Below are positions 20,567 to 29,427 of a DNA stretch of 51,069 bases, in pieces (position 1 is the first letter of the stretch; each line of letters begins with the position of its first letter). Made by a program: the position numbers and the translations under genes. The notes beneath the pieces were generated by a model. That model was not told the origin of the DNA and made no database searches. It saw nothing but the letters and a program-made list of their open reading frames with translations. Origin of the DNA: a virus (lineage: Duplodnaviria; Caudoviricetes); IMG/VR virus record IMGVR_UViG_3300039070_000050, positions 1 to 51,069 of that record; one strand, given 5' to 3'.

Positions 20567-21091
20567 ATGGATACAGTTAGGAAGGAGCTTTTAGTAGAAT
20601 GGAGCGACGAACTCCGCCTAATGAACACACTAAGAGATAGCCTCCTATCTGCTGGCATAGATGCCTCTAATACAATAATAGTTACCGTTTCTACGGATTA
20701 CTCATCTGTTATAGGACAGTACCTTAGACATCAACTAACGAAGGATGGGGAGATATGTGACGGCTTTGGAATTGACGTTCCTTATCCAGACCAGACATTC
20801 AACGGCAGGTTTATACAAGAGTTGTGTGAGATGTTTAGAATCAATCTAAATAGCATAGCCGAAAAGAATATATTATTAGTAGAGGCGGGTATCATAAGAG
20901 GAGGCAACTACACTAAAGTTGTAGACATTATCAAGAACACGTTAGAGATAAAGTTACCTATCTTGACTCTAGCGATGTATGAGAATATTCATAGTATATA
21001 TAAGTCTGACTTTGTAGGAGAGTATTACGACGATAAAACTCAAGACCTTACATTTTGGTGGGAGAAAGAAAACAACCATTGGGCAAACTAA
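20567..21091 (+). CDS. Phosphoribosyltransferase-fold protein
   Basis: 'ILLVEAGIIRGGNY' resembles a degenerate PRPP-binding loop (hhhDDhhxTGxT); C-terminal FWWE. Confidence 0.5.
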   Translation: MDTVRKELLVEWSDELRLMNTLRDSLLSAGIDASNTIIVTVSTDYSSVIGQYLRHQLTKDGEICDGFGIDVPYPDQTFNGRFIQELCEMFRINLNSIAEKNILLVEAGIIRGGNYTKVVDIIKNTLEIKLPILTLAMYENIHSIYKSDFVGEYYDDKTQDLTFWWEKENNHWAN

Positions 21092-21552
21092 CCGAGTGGT
21101 TTAAGTTTTGTCAGTCCTGCGGTAACAAACAATACTACTCAGCTAAGTACGAACTTGCTAAGGCAACTAAAAATAACACCGTCTGCATAAGTTGCCATAA
21201 CAAATCAGGTAAGAACAGTAAAGGTAAGTACAAAGAAATACCTATATCTTGGTTTGATGCCAAGAAAAGAAAAGCACTAGAGAAGGGTAGAGAATTTGGA
21301 TTTGATATTAAATATATCTGGGCTATTTACGTCAAACAAGACAAGAAGTGTGCATTATCAGGCATCCCATTAGATTTTGATACAGATACAGAGAATGGTA
21401 TGGTATCTATTGACAGGATTAACAACGATAAGGGCTATATTAAAAGAAATATCCAACTGCTCCACAAAGATATCAACTACGCTAAGTGGACGTTTACCCA
21501 GAAATATTTCGTAGAATTGTGTATCTTAGTAGCTCAGAATCATAAAAGTTGA
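21055..21552 (+). CDS. Zn-binding HNH-type endonuclease
   Basis: CxxC pairs and 'Q..KCALSG......SIDRI....GY...N.QL....IN..K'. The true start may be the TTG at 21079. Confidence 0.7.
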   Translation: MVGERKQPLGKLTEWFKFCQSCGNKQYYSAKYELAKATKNNTVCISCHNKSGKNSKGKYKEIPISWFDAKKRKALEKGREFGFDIKYIWAIYVKQDKKCALSGIPLDFDTDTENGMVSIDRINNDKGYIKRNIQLLHKDINYAKWTFTQKYFVELCILVAQNHKS

Positions 21553-21559
21553 TAGTGGA

Positions 21560-21835
21560 ATGAAAAAGAAATCTTCAGCACAATACTATAAAGAGAATCC
21601 GGAATCACAGGCTAAGAAGTATGCTTATCAAAAAAAGTATAATGCACAACCAGAACAACGTGCTAAAAGAGCAGAGTTAGTTAAGGTTAATCGCGACAAA
21701 GGAACCTACGGAAACGGAGATGGCAAGGACGCTAGTCATACTAAGAATGGCATTGTAATGAAAAAAGCTTCTGTTAACAGGGGTTCTAAGACTGATATGC
21801 CAGGAGATCGTAAGACTAGGGGCGGAAAGAAGTAA
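21560..21835 (+). CDS. Small basic HNH-like protein
   Basis: 'GDGKDASH.......S.NR' motif typical of small phage HNH-like proteins. Confidence 0.5.
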   Translation: MKKKSSAQYYKENPESQAKKYAYQKKYNAQPEQRAKRAELVKVNRDKGTYGNGDGKDASHTKNGIVMKKASVNRGSKTDMPGDRKTRGGKK

Positions 21836-22136
21836 ATTCATTGTGTATTATTCCGTGTATAATTCCGCTGTATTCAGGATATGTTTCAACCCCATCTTTC
21901 TTATGGGGAATCCAAGACTTACATATAAATGGCTTAGTCTTGTCTAGCACTCGCATAGTATCTAAATATTGTTTAGAATCTAAAAATACAGCATCTAATA
22001 TTATATACTTGTCGCTACTTGTGTAGACGGTAAATGGCACAGATTCATATTCTAATATTTGTCCTGTATGTGGCTTTAAAGAATCTTTAAATCGTTTTAG
22101 GGCTACTGATATTCTGTATCTTGTTTGTTGTTCCAT
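21816..22136 (-). CDS. Hypothetical protein
   Basis: 106 aa; last gene of the leftward arm, coupled to the upstream ORF. Confidence 0.55.
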   Translation of the reverse strand: MEQQTRYRISVALKRFKDSLKPHTGQILEYESVPFTVYTSSDKYIILDAVFLDSKQYLDTMRVLDKTKPFICKSWIPHKKDGVETYPEYSGIIHGIIHNEFTSFRP

Positions 22137-22675
22137 TATGTTAACTTGATTAAATCTTCTTCGTAAATAACTTTCTTTTTTAAGTGTTCTAACTTGGGAT
22201 CCTTATACATTACTATCATATCAACTGCTTTGGCGAAATACCCCTCAAACCTTTTACTTGGATAACATATAACAAATGCACAGAAGTCGTTTTCTTGTGG
22301 CGTTATTGTTACGGGATCGTTTGGATAAAACAACCAACTTATTGGAAATGTATTTGATGTTGACATACACGATTTAACATGGATATTAGTCCCCTCGCTA
22401 ATGATATCTGCGTCATAAGATTTCATATCTGCCGGCAAAATAGATACGTCAGGGAATGATGCTTTCTTTTTAACGCTAATAAGAAAATTCCATACAGCAA
22501 ATTCAGCTAACTTCCCAAGATAAATCCCTGATATCAATTTCTCTGGGCTACTTTTATTTGTATTTGTATAGACTGATTTATTGCTTGTGTTATAAAATAC
22601 TTCTTTTGAAAAAAGATCTGCTACTGATTCCTGGTATGAACTAGGAGGTATAAGTTGTACTTTCTTTATTTGCAT
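22136..22675 (-). CDS. Putative PD-(D/E)xK restriction-endonuclease-fold nuclease
   Basis: 'GKLAEFAV...PD...YDAD.......IHVKS' spacing fits a PD-(D/E)xK-like core. Confidence 0.5.
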   Translation of the reverse strand: MQIKKVQLIPPSSYQESVADLFSKEVFYNTSNKSVYTNTNKSSPEKLISGIYLGKLAEFAVWNFLISVKKKASFPDVSILPADMKSYDADIISEGTNIHVKSCMSTSNTFPISWLFYPNDPVTITPQENDFCAFVICYPSKRFEGYFAKAVDMIVMYKDPKLEHLKKKVIYEEDLIKLT

Positions 22676-23039
22676 AAGATATAATTGAGAATGTCATTTT
22701 ATAGTGTTTCTTTCCCATTGTTAATACGGGAATAATTGTAACTCCCTTACAAAACTTTTTAGTATCGTCGGTAAGGATATCAATATGCCTAAGGAAGTCT
22801 TCTCCAATCTTGATTAATATAATGGTATTTGTTGGATCTAATCTGCTATTGTACTCTAGTTTAACAGAGTATTCATTAACTTTCTTATACTTGCCATTAA
22901 GTAACTTCCCAAACAAAGAATGGAATTGGTCCTTAATCTTGTTGCGTATTGTCCAGTGCTTACCTGCAAAGAACTTGTTTAGTGATACATCTATATCGTG
23001 CCACTCAAATACAATCTCATCTACCTTATCATTTTCCAT
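22641..23039 (-). CDS. RusA-like Holliday junction resolvase
   Basis: 'SLN' near the N-terminus and 'RLDPTN......ED.L.....L.DD' acidic motif. Confidence 0.6.
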   Translation of the reverse strand: MENDKVDEIVFEWHDIDVSLNKFFAGKHWTIRNKIKDQFHSLFGKLLNGKYKKVNEYSVKLEYNSRLDPTNTIILIKIGEDFLRHIDILTDDTKKFCKGVTIIPVLTMGKKHYKMTFSIISYANKESTTYTS

Positions 23040-23236
23040 TTTTTTGCTTCAATACTTATTTTGAATTCTTCTTGTACATCTTTCCAATAACACTTATCAT
23101 CAAAACTTGCATGATTTGTATTCTCTGCTAACTCATTCAGAAAATAAAAGATAATAGGAACCTGCCCATTATATAGGGCAAGCTCCACTAATTTATCTGC
23201 CTTTTCGGCTGGTTTTAGATTACTAGGATTAATCAA
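23021..23236 (-). CDS. Hypothetical protein
   Basis: 71 aa; overlaps in a coupled operon. Confidence 0.5.
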   Translation of the reverse strand: MINPSNLKPAEKADKLVELALYNGQVPIIFYFLNELAENTNHASFDDKCYWKDVQEEFKISIEAKKWKMIR

Positions 23237-23481
23237 TGTATTCTTATCTTCTTGCTGTTAATAGTTAACACTACATCTAAAGAAGCATCATATCCATTCA
23301 CTACAAGAGTTCTGACTATTTTTGACAACAAATTAAATCCAACACCTCTTTGGTTATTTTCAAGCCCAGAGATTTGTTGAACCGTAGCAAATCCCGCATT
23401 TTCGGAAAGTTGCTTTTGAGTCATCCCAAGTTCAGTTCTGATTTCTTTTATTATATTTCTCATTTTCTTTTTCTTTTGCAA
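23233..23481 (-). CDS. XRE-family helix-turn-helix regulator
   Basis: 'IKEIRTELGMTQKQLSENAG...QQISGLENNQR' is a classic HTH_3 pattern. Confidence 0.85.
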   Translation of the reverse strand: MQKKKKMRNIIKEIRTELGMTQKQLSENAGFATVQQISGLENNQRGVGFNLLSKIVRTLVVNGYDASLDVVLTINSKKIRIH

Positions 23482-23585
23482 AACGATTTTTTGCTGATTC
23501 GATTTTATTTTTGTGGGCTAACTCTAATTGAAAATAGATATTCTCCCAGACACTATTAAATTCTTTTTGTTGGTTCATGGTATAA

Positions 23586-24056
23586 TTATTTTATTGTAAC
23601 TCTAACAGTTGTTGTACTTGATTTTACCGGAGGGAAGTACTCGAATGTTTCTCCAGTGGTTTCATCCACAATGGTGGTTTTACTTTTCAATCCTTTAGCA
23701 AAAGTTTCAATATCTTTAAGTTTTGATACCTCTTCGTCTACTTTAGATTTTTGTTCTCCCCAAACCTTATTGTCAGAATAATCATACTTAACGCCAGACT
23801 CAACACGCTTTAATTCTGTGCCAGCAATCTTTGCTTCGGCATTTTCAAACTTACCAAGTTCTTCGTCAGCAAAAGGAGTTAAATTTTTAGATAATTCCTC
23901 AAGAAGGAATATGTACTTTTTGCACAATGCCAAATCAAGTACAGGATTACCCCCATGCATAGCTAGTTCTTGAATATAAGAACTAACCATGCTACTCATT
24001 TCATCTTTATTAGCATTTAATAAAGGGCTATCTTTTAATTGAACTAAATCTTGCAT
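23586..24056 (-). CDS. Conserved phage protein next to the SSB-like gene
   Basis: Likely start MQDLVQ at 24056 (track gives 24101); contains 'GVKYDYS'. Confidence 0.6.
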   Translation of the reverse strand: MQDLVQLKDSPLLNANKDEMSSMVSSYIQELAMHGGNPVLDLALCKKYIFLLEELSKNLTPFADEELGKFENAEAKIAGTELKRVESGVKYDYSDNKVWGEQKSKVDEEVSKLKDIETFAKGLKSKTTIVDETTGETFEYFPPVKSSTTTVRVTIK

Positions 24057-24057
24057 A

Positions 24058-24756
24058 TTAGAAAGGTAAAGGATTGTCTTCAAAAACTGGGGCATCTTCA
24101 AACTTTGGGATATTAGTTTCTTGGGCTACGACTTCTAATGGATGTGATTCAGCAGAAACAACTCTTGCCGAAAAATAGTTTGATAAAACCGTATGAGCGT
24201 CTTCAGCCTCTTCGCTAACTGATAATGATATACCAGTCCCTACCACAAAAACAGGAACAGAATACTTGACAGATCCCTTTTTTGCGTCTAATGCCCCAGA
24301 TACAGTAATTAAGCTAGATAAAAACAATGATCTAGACTCTGTTGCAAAATCACTCCAAGCCTTTAAAGACGCTCCTTTAAATGAGATATTAACGATCTCT
24401 CCGTTTGCAAAACCGTAAATGCTTGCGTGATAATCTCCTCCTAAGGCGTTAACTTTTTCTTTAATGTCGCGATACATGCCTTTGATTAAATCACCACCCT
24501 TAAATGCACGAACATTTAATTCTTCCTTTGTAGTATTCTTAACTTCATTGGAGTAAATACCAGAAGAAGATGCATCATGCCATCCTTTAATGCAGGACAT
24601 GTCAGATAAATGCACAAACGAAAATGGGACTTCCATTTTTTTGTTTGATTGAGATTCTTTATCCCAATAGGTAAAACACTTTTCATTTGAACTCCAAGAT
24701 AAATACTTTTTAACTGGAGATTCTGTTTTTGATTTGTACTCGTCAGCTCTTGCCAT
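24058..24756 (-). CDS. Putative ssDNA-binding/recombination protein
   Basis: 232 aa with an acidic C-terminal tail ending EDNPLPF (SSB-like tip). Confidence 0.55.
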   Translation of the reverse strand: MARADEYKSKTESPVKKYLSWSSNEKCFTYWDKESQSNKKMEVPFSFVHLSDMSCIKGWHDASSSGIYSNEVKNTTKEELNVRAFKGGDLIKGMYRDIKEKVNALGGDYHASIYGFANGEIVNISFKGASLKAWSDFATESRSLFLSSLITVSGALDAKKGSVKYSVPVFVVGTGISLSVSEEAEDAHTVLSNYFSARVVSAESHPLEVVAQETNIPKFEDAPVFEDNPLPF

Positions 24757-24774
24757 GATTAAAATTTGTTTGGT

Positions 24775-24942
24775 TTAATTGTTAATTACTTCAAATTGTG
24801 ATAAGTATGCTACCTTCAAAGATAATCTACTTATTCTACGTTTAGTAGGTTCGTTAAAATCGCCCCTACGGTTCCTATTTAAAGGATTTTGTGCAATAGC
24901 CTCCGCCTGGCGGAGCACATCGCTGTATGTTTTTCTTTTCAT
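24775..24942 (-). CDS. Small basic protein (55 aa)
   Basis: Manual translation MKRKTYSDVLRQAEAIAQNPLNRNRRGDFNEPTKRRISRLSLKVAYLSQFEVINN, downstream of a TACCTTTG box. Not in the track. Confidence 0.55.
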   Translation of the reverse strand: MKRKTYSDVLRQAEAIAQNPLNRNRRGDFNEPTKRRISRLSLKVAYLSQFEVINN

Positions 24943-24961
24943 TTGATTAATATTACCTCTG

Positions 24962-24969
24962 CAAAGGTA
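24962..24969 (-). promoter_or_regulatory. Bacteroidota-type -7 promoter box
   Basis: TACCTTTG on the - strand, upstream of the SSB operon. Confidence 0.55.
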
Positions 24970-25003
24970 ATTAAAAATATTTATAATGCAAATTATTTAT
25001 AAT

Positions 25004-25036
25004 AAAAAAAACTACCCAGCAAAGCCAAGTAGTTTT
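25004..25036 (-). terminator. Rho-independent terminator
   Basis: The - strand reads AAAACTACTTGGC-TTT-GCTGGGTAGTTTTTTTT, downstream of ORF 25074..25481. Confidence 0.6.
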
Positions 25037-25073
25037 AAATAATTTTAAACAAAAAAATATATGGTACTATCAA

Positions 25074-25481
25074 TCAAAAATGCCAGGCTCTTTTTACGGT
25101 ACTATCGTCTGAGCCGGTAATAGCTTCATTTGGTTTAGGTACGAAATCATATACAAGTTTCGTGCCACTATTAGTTGTTGTGCAAGTAGAATTTTTAACA
25201 GCTTCGTCTGCAAGTTTTGATCTAATCATTGCCTGAGTTTTGAATGCCCTTAATTCTTCTTCCATTGCAAGCATATCTTTCTTTAATCGCTTAAGGTATA
25301 GTGCCATGTCTAAAGCTTCTTCATACGCATGCTGAACCCAATCAGATGCAATTAAATCTTCTCTGTCCATTGTAGTATTGTACTTATTCAATCCTACTTC
25401 AGCCCTAGCCGCCATATCCTTGATAGTATCAAACACTATGCTGTCGGTAAATGTTGTAATGTTTTCGCTATTCGATTCCAT
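25074..25481 (-). CDS. All-alpha NTP pyrophosphohydrolase-like phage protein
   Basis: 'R...G..KY.TT.DR.DL...W..HA.EE.LD...Y' pattern (MazG/dNTP pyrophosphohydrolase-like). Confidence 0.5.
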   Translation of the reverse strand: MESNSENITTFTDSIVFDTIKDMAARAEVGLNKYNTTMDREDLIASDWVQHAYEEALDMALYLKRLKKDMLAMEEELRAFKTQAMIRSKLADEAVKNSTCTTTNSGTKLVYDFVPKPNEAITGSDDSTVKRAWHF

Positions 25482-25821
25482 AACTTTTTAATATATCAGA
25501 TATTTTAGTTGTACACTCCATTTTTTTATCGTAATCAATTCCTTCAAGTTTTAATGCTACATTAAACAAATAATCAGCCTGGATAGATGCGTTAACAAAT
25601 TGATCTAATACATCCGCTTGGGCTTCCCCTCCATTAGCTTTCATTATAACGTCAACTTGGGTTTCAAGTTCTCCTATGAGAAGATTGGTATATTGCTTAA
25701 CTTTTTGATAGTGGAATTGCGAAGAGACAACCTTCTCATCTATAAAATCCCTTAGAGATTGGCACTTAGCATAGTAACATACCATATTGCGAATCTCGTT
25801 GTCTGTAAGTAATCTTCTCAT
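25468..25821 (-). CDS. Hypothetical protein
   Basis: 117-aa ORF in the operon. Confidence 0.55.
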   Translation of the reverse strand: MRRLLTDNEIRNMVCYYAKCQSLRDFIDEKVVSSQFHYQKVKQYTNLLIGELETQVDVIMKANGGEAQADVLDQFVNASIQADYLFNVALKLEGIDYDKKMECTTKISDILKSYGIE

Positions 25822-26268
25822 TTAACTTATATAATTTTTAATTGTTTCAGGTCTAATCCTACCACCGTTGCTTTTAAAATATGATTTAATTTCTGTTATA
25901 TTTAAACCCATAACATAACATTCAAAAACAACTTTACTTCTAACCTCTCTAACCCATTCAAATCTTCCTTTCGTAAATACCTCGTCAAATAATTCTTGAT
26001 TCTGTTTCCCTAAGAGTTCTTTAATGTAACGATTAGTTATTTTGTCAAAGTACTCTTTGTCTTTTTTAAGTTGTTGCTTCCTAGATATTTTTACTGTATT
26101 GTCTAATCTTCTATTAAGGGATATGTAGGTAGACTTATTTAATTTTATCCTAAAAGAATATTCGCATTCGATACATTTAATTGTCTTGGCGATATTTGCT
26201 TCCGCAAATTCCTCTTCATATAATTTTCCGCACCAAGGGCAATCTAACTTATCTTTCTTGTGGTACAT
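25822..26268 (-). CDS. Zn-ribbon protein, possible DNA-binding regulator
   Basis: CPWC...CIEC at the N-terminus; C-terminal helical HTH-like segment. Confidence 0.5.
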   Translation of the reverse strand: MYHKKDKLDCPWCGKLYEEEFAEANIAKTIKCIECEYSFRIKLNKSTYISLNRRLDNTVKISRKQQLKKDKEYFDKITNRYIKELLGKQNQELFDEVFTKGRFEWVREVRSKVVFECYVMGLNITEIKSYFKSNGGRIRPETIKNYIS

Positions 26269-26271
26269 TAC

Positions 26272-26571
26272 TTAAAAGAAATCTGTGTTAACAAGTATCG
26301 GAGCATTTTCAACATATGGCAAAGATCTAACGGTATTGTATTCGTAATGATCAATTGCGTCGTCTTCAGTCATTCCTTCATCTATTAGACACTGAATCAT
26401 TTCGCTAACAGAATATACTAAACGCATAGGAGTGCTATTTGTGTCAACACCTATGACTGCATTATCATATCCGTCTACTATTATAAATCCTTCGTCTGGG
26501 AAGTTCTCTAATATCTGTTGTAGCTTATTCATTAATCCAGGATATGAGACGTTAAACTTCTTTCTAAACAA
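26272..26571 (-). CDS. Conserved small acidic phage protein
   Basis: 'DGYDNAVIG......VYS...I..L...GMTEDDA.DHYEYN......AP' is a widespread phage family pattern. Confidence 0.6.
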   Translation of the reverse strand: MFRKKFNVSYPGLMNKLQQILENFPDEGFIIVDGYDNAVIGVDTNSTPMRLVYSVSEMIQCLIDEGMTEDDAIDHYEYNTVRSLPYVENAPILVNTDFF

Positions 26572-26753
26572 TCCTCTTGGTTTCGTATCGCCCTATCATA
26601 AGCTGAATTAATTTCTGCCTCTGTGAAAATAAAGTTTGATATCCTGCCTCCAGAATTCATGTCCTTTAAAATTACTGGATAATAATAATTGTTTTCAGAA
26701 GGTTTTTTACCTTCGTTATTTACCTTAATAAAATTTCCGATTCTTGCTTTCAT
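26532..26753 (-). CDS. Hypothetical protein
   Basis: 73 aa, preceded by a TACCTTTG box at 26780-26787. Confidence 0.55.
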   Translation of the reverse strand: MKARIGNFIKVNNEGKKPSENNYYYPVILKDMNSGGRISNFIFTEAEINSAYDRAIRNQEDCLERSLTSHILD

Positions 26754-26788
26754 TTTTTTATATTATATAATTGATATCACAAAGGTAA

Positions 26789-27052
26789 CTAAATTAGTTT
26801 ATCAAGCAAACTATTTGCCTTAATCTTTTCGTAGAAATGTTTAAACTCCCGGAGCCTACTATATGCTCCTTGTTTTTCTCTTCCTACATTGTGTTTAATT
26901 CTTTCAACCTGGACTGATACAAAGTGTAAGTCATCTAAGATTGTTTCGCCTAGCTTTACTTTAAAGGATTGCGCTTCTTTATTCTCACATAAGTATTTTT
27001 CTCCCCAAGTGATAGCCTGGCTGTAATACGATTCTTTATTTTCTGGAGCCAT
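26789..27052 (-). CDS. Hypothetical protein
   Basis: 87-aa ORF. Confidence 0.5.
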   Translation of the reverse strand: MAPENKESYYSQAITWGEKYLCENKEAQSFKVKLGETILDDLHFVSVQVERIKHNVGREKQGAYSRLREFKHFYEKIKANSLLDKLI

Positions 27053-27243
27053 AGTGGTATCATGAATTCAATGTAATATCCTTTTATGATTGGAAGCTTT
27101 TTAAAGCCATGCTTGATCGAAAATGGGATCCAGCTAGCTTTAGTGTTAATCCCGTAAATTCCCCAACCAAAAAACCTATAGCATATAGTGTCTTTAGATT
27201 TGTACCAGATGATTCTTTTCGCATTAATTAGTTTGTTCGACAT
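26956..27243 (-). CDS. Hypothetical protein
   Basis: 95-aa ORF with about 100 bp overlap with the downstream gene. Confidence 0.35.
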   Translation of the reverse strand: MSNKLINAKRIIWYKSKDTICYRFFGWGIYGINTKASWIPFSIKHGFKKLPIIKGYYIEFMIPLWLQKIKNRITARLSLGEKNTYVRIKKRNPLK

Positions 27244-27454
27244 ATAGTTCTTCTTTTAGTTTAGCAAAGGTAGCAGATGTAATCTTATTCCACTTCCTTC
27301 TCATTAAGAAAGCTTCTATTCTGTCACTTACTGCTCCTAATAAGTTGTAGTGATGCCCGTTCTTCCCGTAGTAAGAGACCTTCAAGTCGTTGTAGTCCAC
27401 AACGCAGACCTCGTCGTCTAGTCTGTAGTGCATTAATTTAATTTTCTTTGTCAT
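27224..27454 (-). CDS. Hypothetical protein
   Basis: 76-aa ORF with an A-rich leader. Confidence 0.55.
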   Translation of the reverse strand: MTKKIKLMHYRLDDEVCVVDYNDLKVSYYGKNGHHYNLLGAVSDRIEAFLMRRKWNKITSATFAKLKEELYVEQTN

Positions 27455-27466
27455 AATTTATTTTAT

Positions 27467-27526
27467 TTATACCCTATTACATATAATTATTCAAAATATT
27501 AAATGGTTATACCCGATTGCATATAA
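27467..27526. repeat. Two 20-bp TTATA-N10-TATAA operator-like sites
   Basis: TTATACCCTATTACATATAA (27467) and TTATACCCGATTGCATATAA (27507) match at 18/20 positions and start 40 bp apart. Confidence 0.6.
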
Positions 27527-27643
27527 TGTGTTGGATTTTACCCTCATTATATGACTTTGCCCCAATTACTGTTGGAATTTTCCATCATCATAACATAAAG
27601 CGTGTTCTGCAAATAGCCGTCGTTTTGTAAAATCTGTTTAATG

Positions 27644-27883
27644 TTAAAATAAATTACTCTTAGCCCTATCAATTTCCTTATCTGAAGCCAATACCTCTCC
27701 TTCATCAATAATCCAATGGTCTATTTGCTCCTCAGTAAAGGTTACCCCAACTAACAGTGTTTTAAACGCTTGAAAGTATTGGTCTAGGTCTATATCCCAG
27801 TTGTCAAACTCGATTGACATTGTTGTGTCGTTAGTCGATAGACTTAATTTTGTTTTCTTTTCCATTGTTTGATTATCTAACAT
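27644..27883 (-). CDS. Hypothetical acidic protein
   Basis: 79 aa; the start may be MEKK at 27865. Confidence 0.55.
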   Translation of the reverse strand: MLDNQTMEKKTKLSLSTNDTTMSIEFDNWDIDLDQYFQAFKTLLVGVTFTEEQIDHWIIDEGEVLASDKEIDRAKSNLF

Positions 27884-27920
27884 TGTGTGGTTATTCGGTA
27901 TTTCCGAATTGCCACTTTAT

Positions 27921-28181
27921 TTAATTATTTAAATAGTTATTCAATCTTGTTACGATTGTTTCTTTTGTTGTCCCCCACAATCTGCTGAACGTGAAGGTTT
28001 TCATTTTATCAGAACGATAGTAGTCATCACTCATCTCAAAAAATTCAATTACCGCATAGTGGCATCTGCTATTAGCCCTCATTACTAGCAGATTTATTGT
28101 CCCATCTAATTTTAGATACGGTATGCCGTGTAGGTCTAGATACTTCTGTATCTCCTTGCTTGCTTTAATTTGTCCCCTCAT
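27921..28181 (-). CDS. Hypothetical protein
   Basis: 86-aa ORF in the operon. Confidence 0.5.
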   Translation of the reverse strand: MRGQIKASKEIQKYLDLHGIPYLKLDGTINLLVMRANSRCHYAVIEFFEMSDDYYRSDKMKTFTFSRLWGTTKETIVTRLNNYLNN

Positions 28182-28449
28182 CGTCGTATGATAATAAAAA
28201 GTTCTTAATTACTTTTTCTTTGTAGTGTGCTCTTTCCCACTTGTCGTTTTTATCTATGAATAAAATATATTCTGCATCCTCAAGTCTTCTATAGTTCTTA
28301 TGAACATATAAATCAAACTTTGATAGCATATCTTTCTTAGAATCAAGAATAGCTTTATTCCCTAGGCCACCTTTCTCTAGTCCTCTTCTGTAAGCCTCCT
28401 CTATGGAGCTTCCTACATCTGTAATTAAATCGGCAATTTCTTCTTTCAT
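28165..28449 (-). CDS. Hypothetical protein
   Basis: 94-aa ORF coupled to the exonuclease gene. Confidence 0.55.
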   Translation of the reverse strand: MKEEIADLITDVGSSIEEAYRRGLEKGGLGNKAILDSKKDMLSKFDLYVHKNYRRLEDAEYILFIDKNDKWERAHYKEKVIKNFLLSYDDEGTN

Positions 28450-29219
28450 TTTTGTTTTGATTTATGATTAATTAACATATCAACGATGTATTGATATTCT
28501 TTGCATTCGATAACATTATATTTTTCTTGCTCTTCGTGAATGTGAATTAGGTAGCATCTCCCGATCTTAAGATTAGTATTCTTCTCAATAATATATTTAT
28601 AAAGATTCAATTGAATAGAATAAGTCTCAAGCTCGCATTCTTGCAAGAAATTAATTGGTGCAAGCATTCTTTTCCTATACTTTGAAAATTCTGCAATCTC
28701 CTTATTAGTTTTATAATCCCATATTTGAAGCTCTCCCATTTTTTGATTCCAGAATAACCCGTCTACCATACCACCAATTCCTATTTCAGAGTCTCCTACC
28801 ACAAGCTCTAATGCAATAGGGTTGAGAGCGGAACTTGAGTCTTCGTAGAACTGATGAAACATCCTAAGGCATTCTTTAAGTCTGCCCTCCATTAATCCTT
28901 CTCCAAACTCTTGCTCGTATGATTTGTAGTCAATAGGATACACTTTATTTTGCCAATAGTTTTCAGCATAATCATGCAGAAGCGTTCCTTTGGTCCTGGA
29001 GAAATTACCTTTAAAAGCCCAATCAGAAAGGATCTCTTCTACTGAAACACCTTTCTTCTTAGCAGATGACTTTGCCATATTCGCAGAATCAAACTTCTCC
29101 TTAAACGTGCCAATAAACCCGGTCCCGCTAATAAGTTCTTGCTCTCCAATATAGTATTTATGGAATTCGTCGTGGTACTTAACGTTTTTAAACTTAGCTA
29201 ACTCTTTATATATATTCAT
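28446..29219 (-). CDS. PD-(D/E)xK exonuclease (Cas4-like/lambda-exo superfamily)
   Basis: 'H.Y', 'GTLLH', 'E......GGMVD.......IWDYKT', 'Y.IQL..Y' motifs. Confidence 0.85.
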   Translation of the reverse strand: MNIYKELAKFKNVKYHDEFHKYYIGEQELISGTGFIGTFKEKFDSANMAKSSAKKKGVSVEEILSDWAFKGNFSRTKGTLLHDYAENYWQNKVYPIDYKSYEQEFGEGLMEGRLKECLRMFHQFYEDSSSALNPIALELVVGDSEIGIGGMVDGLFWNQKMGELQIWDYKTNKEIAEFSKYRKRMLAPINFLQECELETYSIQLNLYKYIIEKNTNLKIGRCYLIHIHEEQEKYNVIECKEYQYIVDMLINHKSKQK

Positions 29220-29425
29220 AGTTTTTCTAGTTCCTCCTTAACTTTATACCAATACATCATTGGCTCTCTAATGCCTTGCTCGTTACCGAATTTTATTATT
29301 TCATCTACTGCAATTAATGCACATATATATGAAGCATAAGCTCTTGCTCCTCCGTGATTCATCCCATTAATTAAAATTGAATTATAATGCGATAGCAATT
29401 CCTCTGCTTTTTCTTTGGGCGTCAT
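29216..29425 (-). CDS. Conserved hypothetical phage protein
   Basis: 'MTPKEKAEEL...ALIAVDEII...YW..VK.E.EKL' pattern. Confidence 0.65.
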   Translation of the reverse strand: MTPKEKAEELLSHYNSILINGMNHGGARAYASYICALIAVDEIIKFGNEQGIREPMMYWYKVKEELEKL

Positions 29426-29427
29426 AA

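Noticed and set aside
21055-21552. Intron-encoded homing endonuclease
   Set aside because: Flanking genes look intact and no split gene or intron structure is evident.
24901-24915. Perfect palindrome CTCCGCC-T-GGCGGAG
   Set aside because: Single occurrence inside a small ORF with a 1-nt centre and no supporting context.
28446-29219. Cas4 as part of a CRISPR system
   Set aside because: No Fe-S cysteine set, cas neighbours or array; it is an ordinary phage exonuclease in a replication operon.
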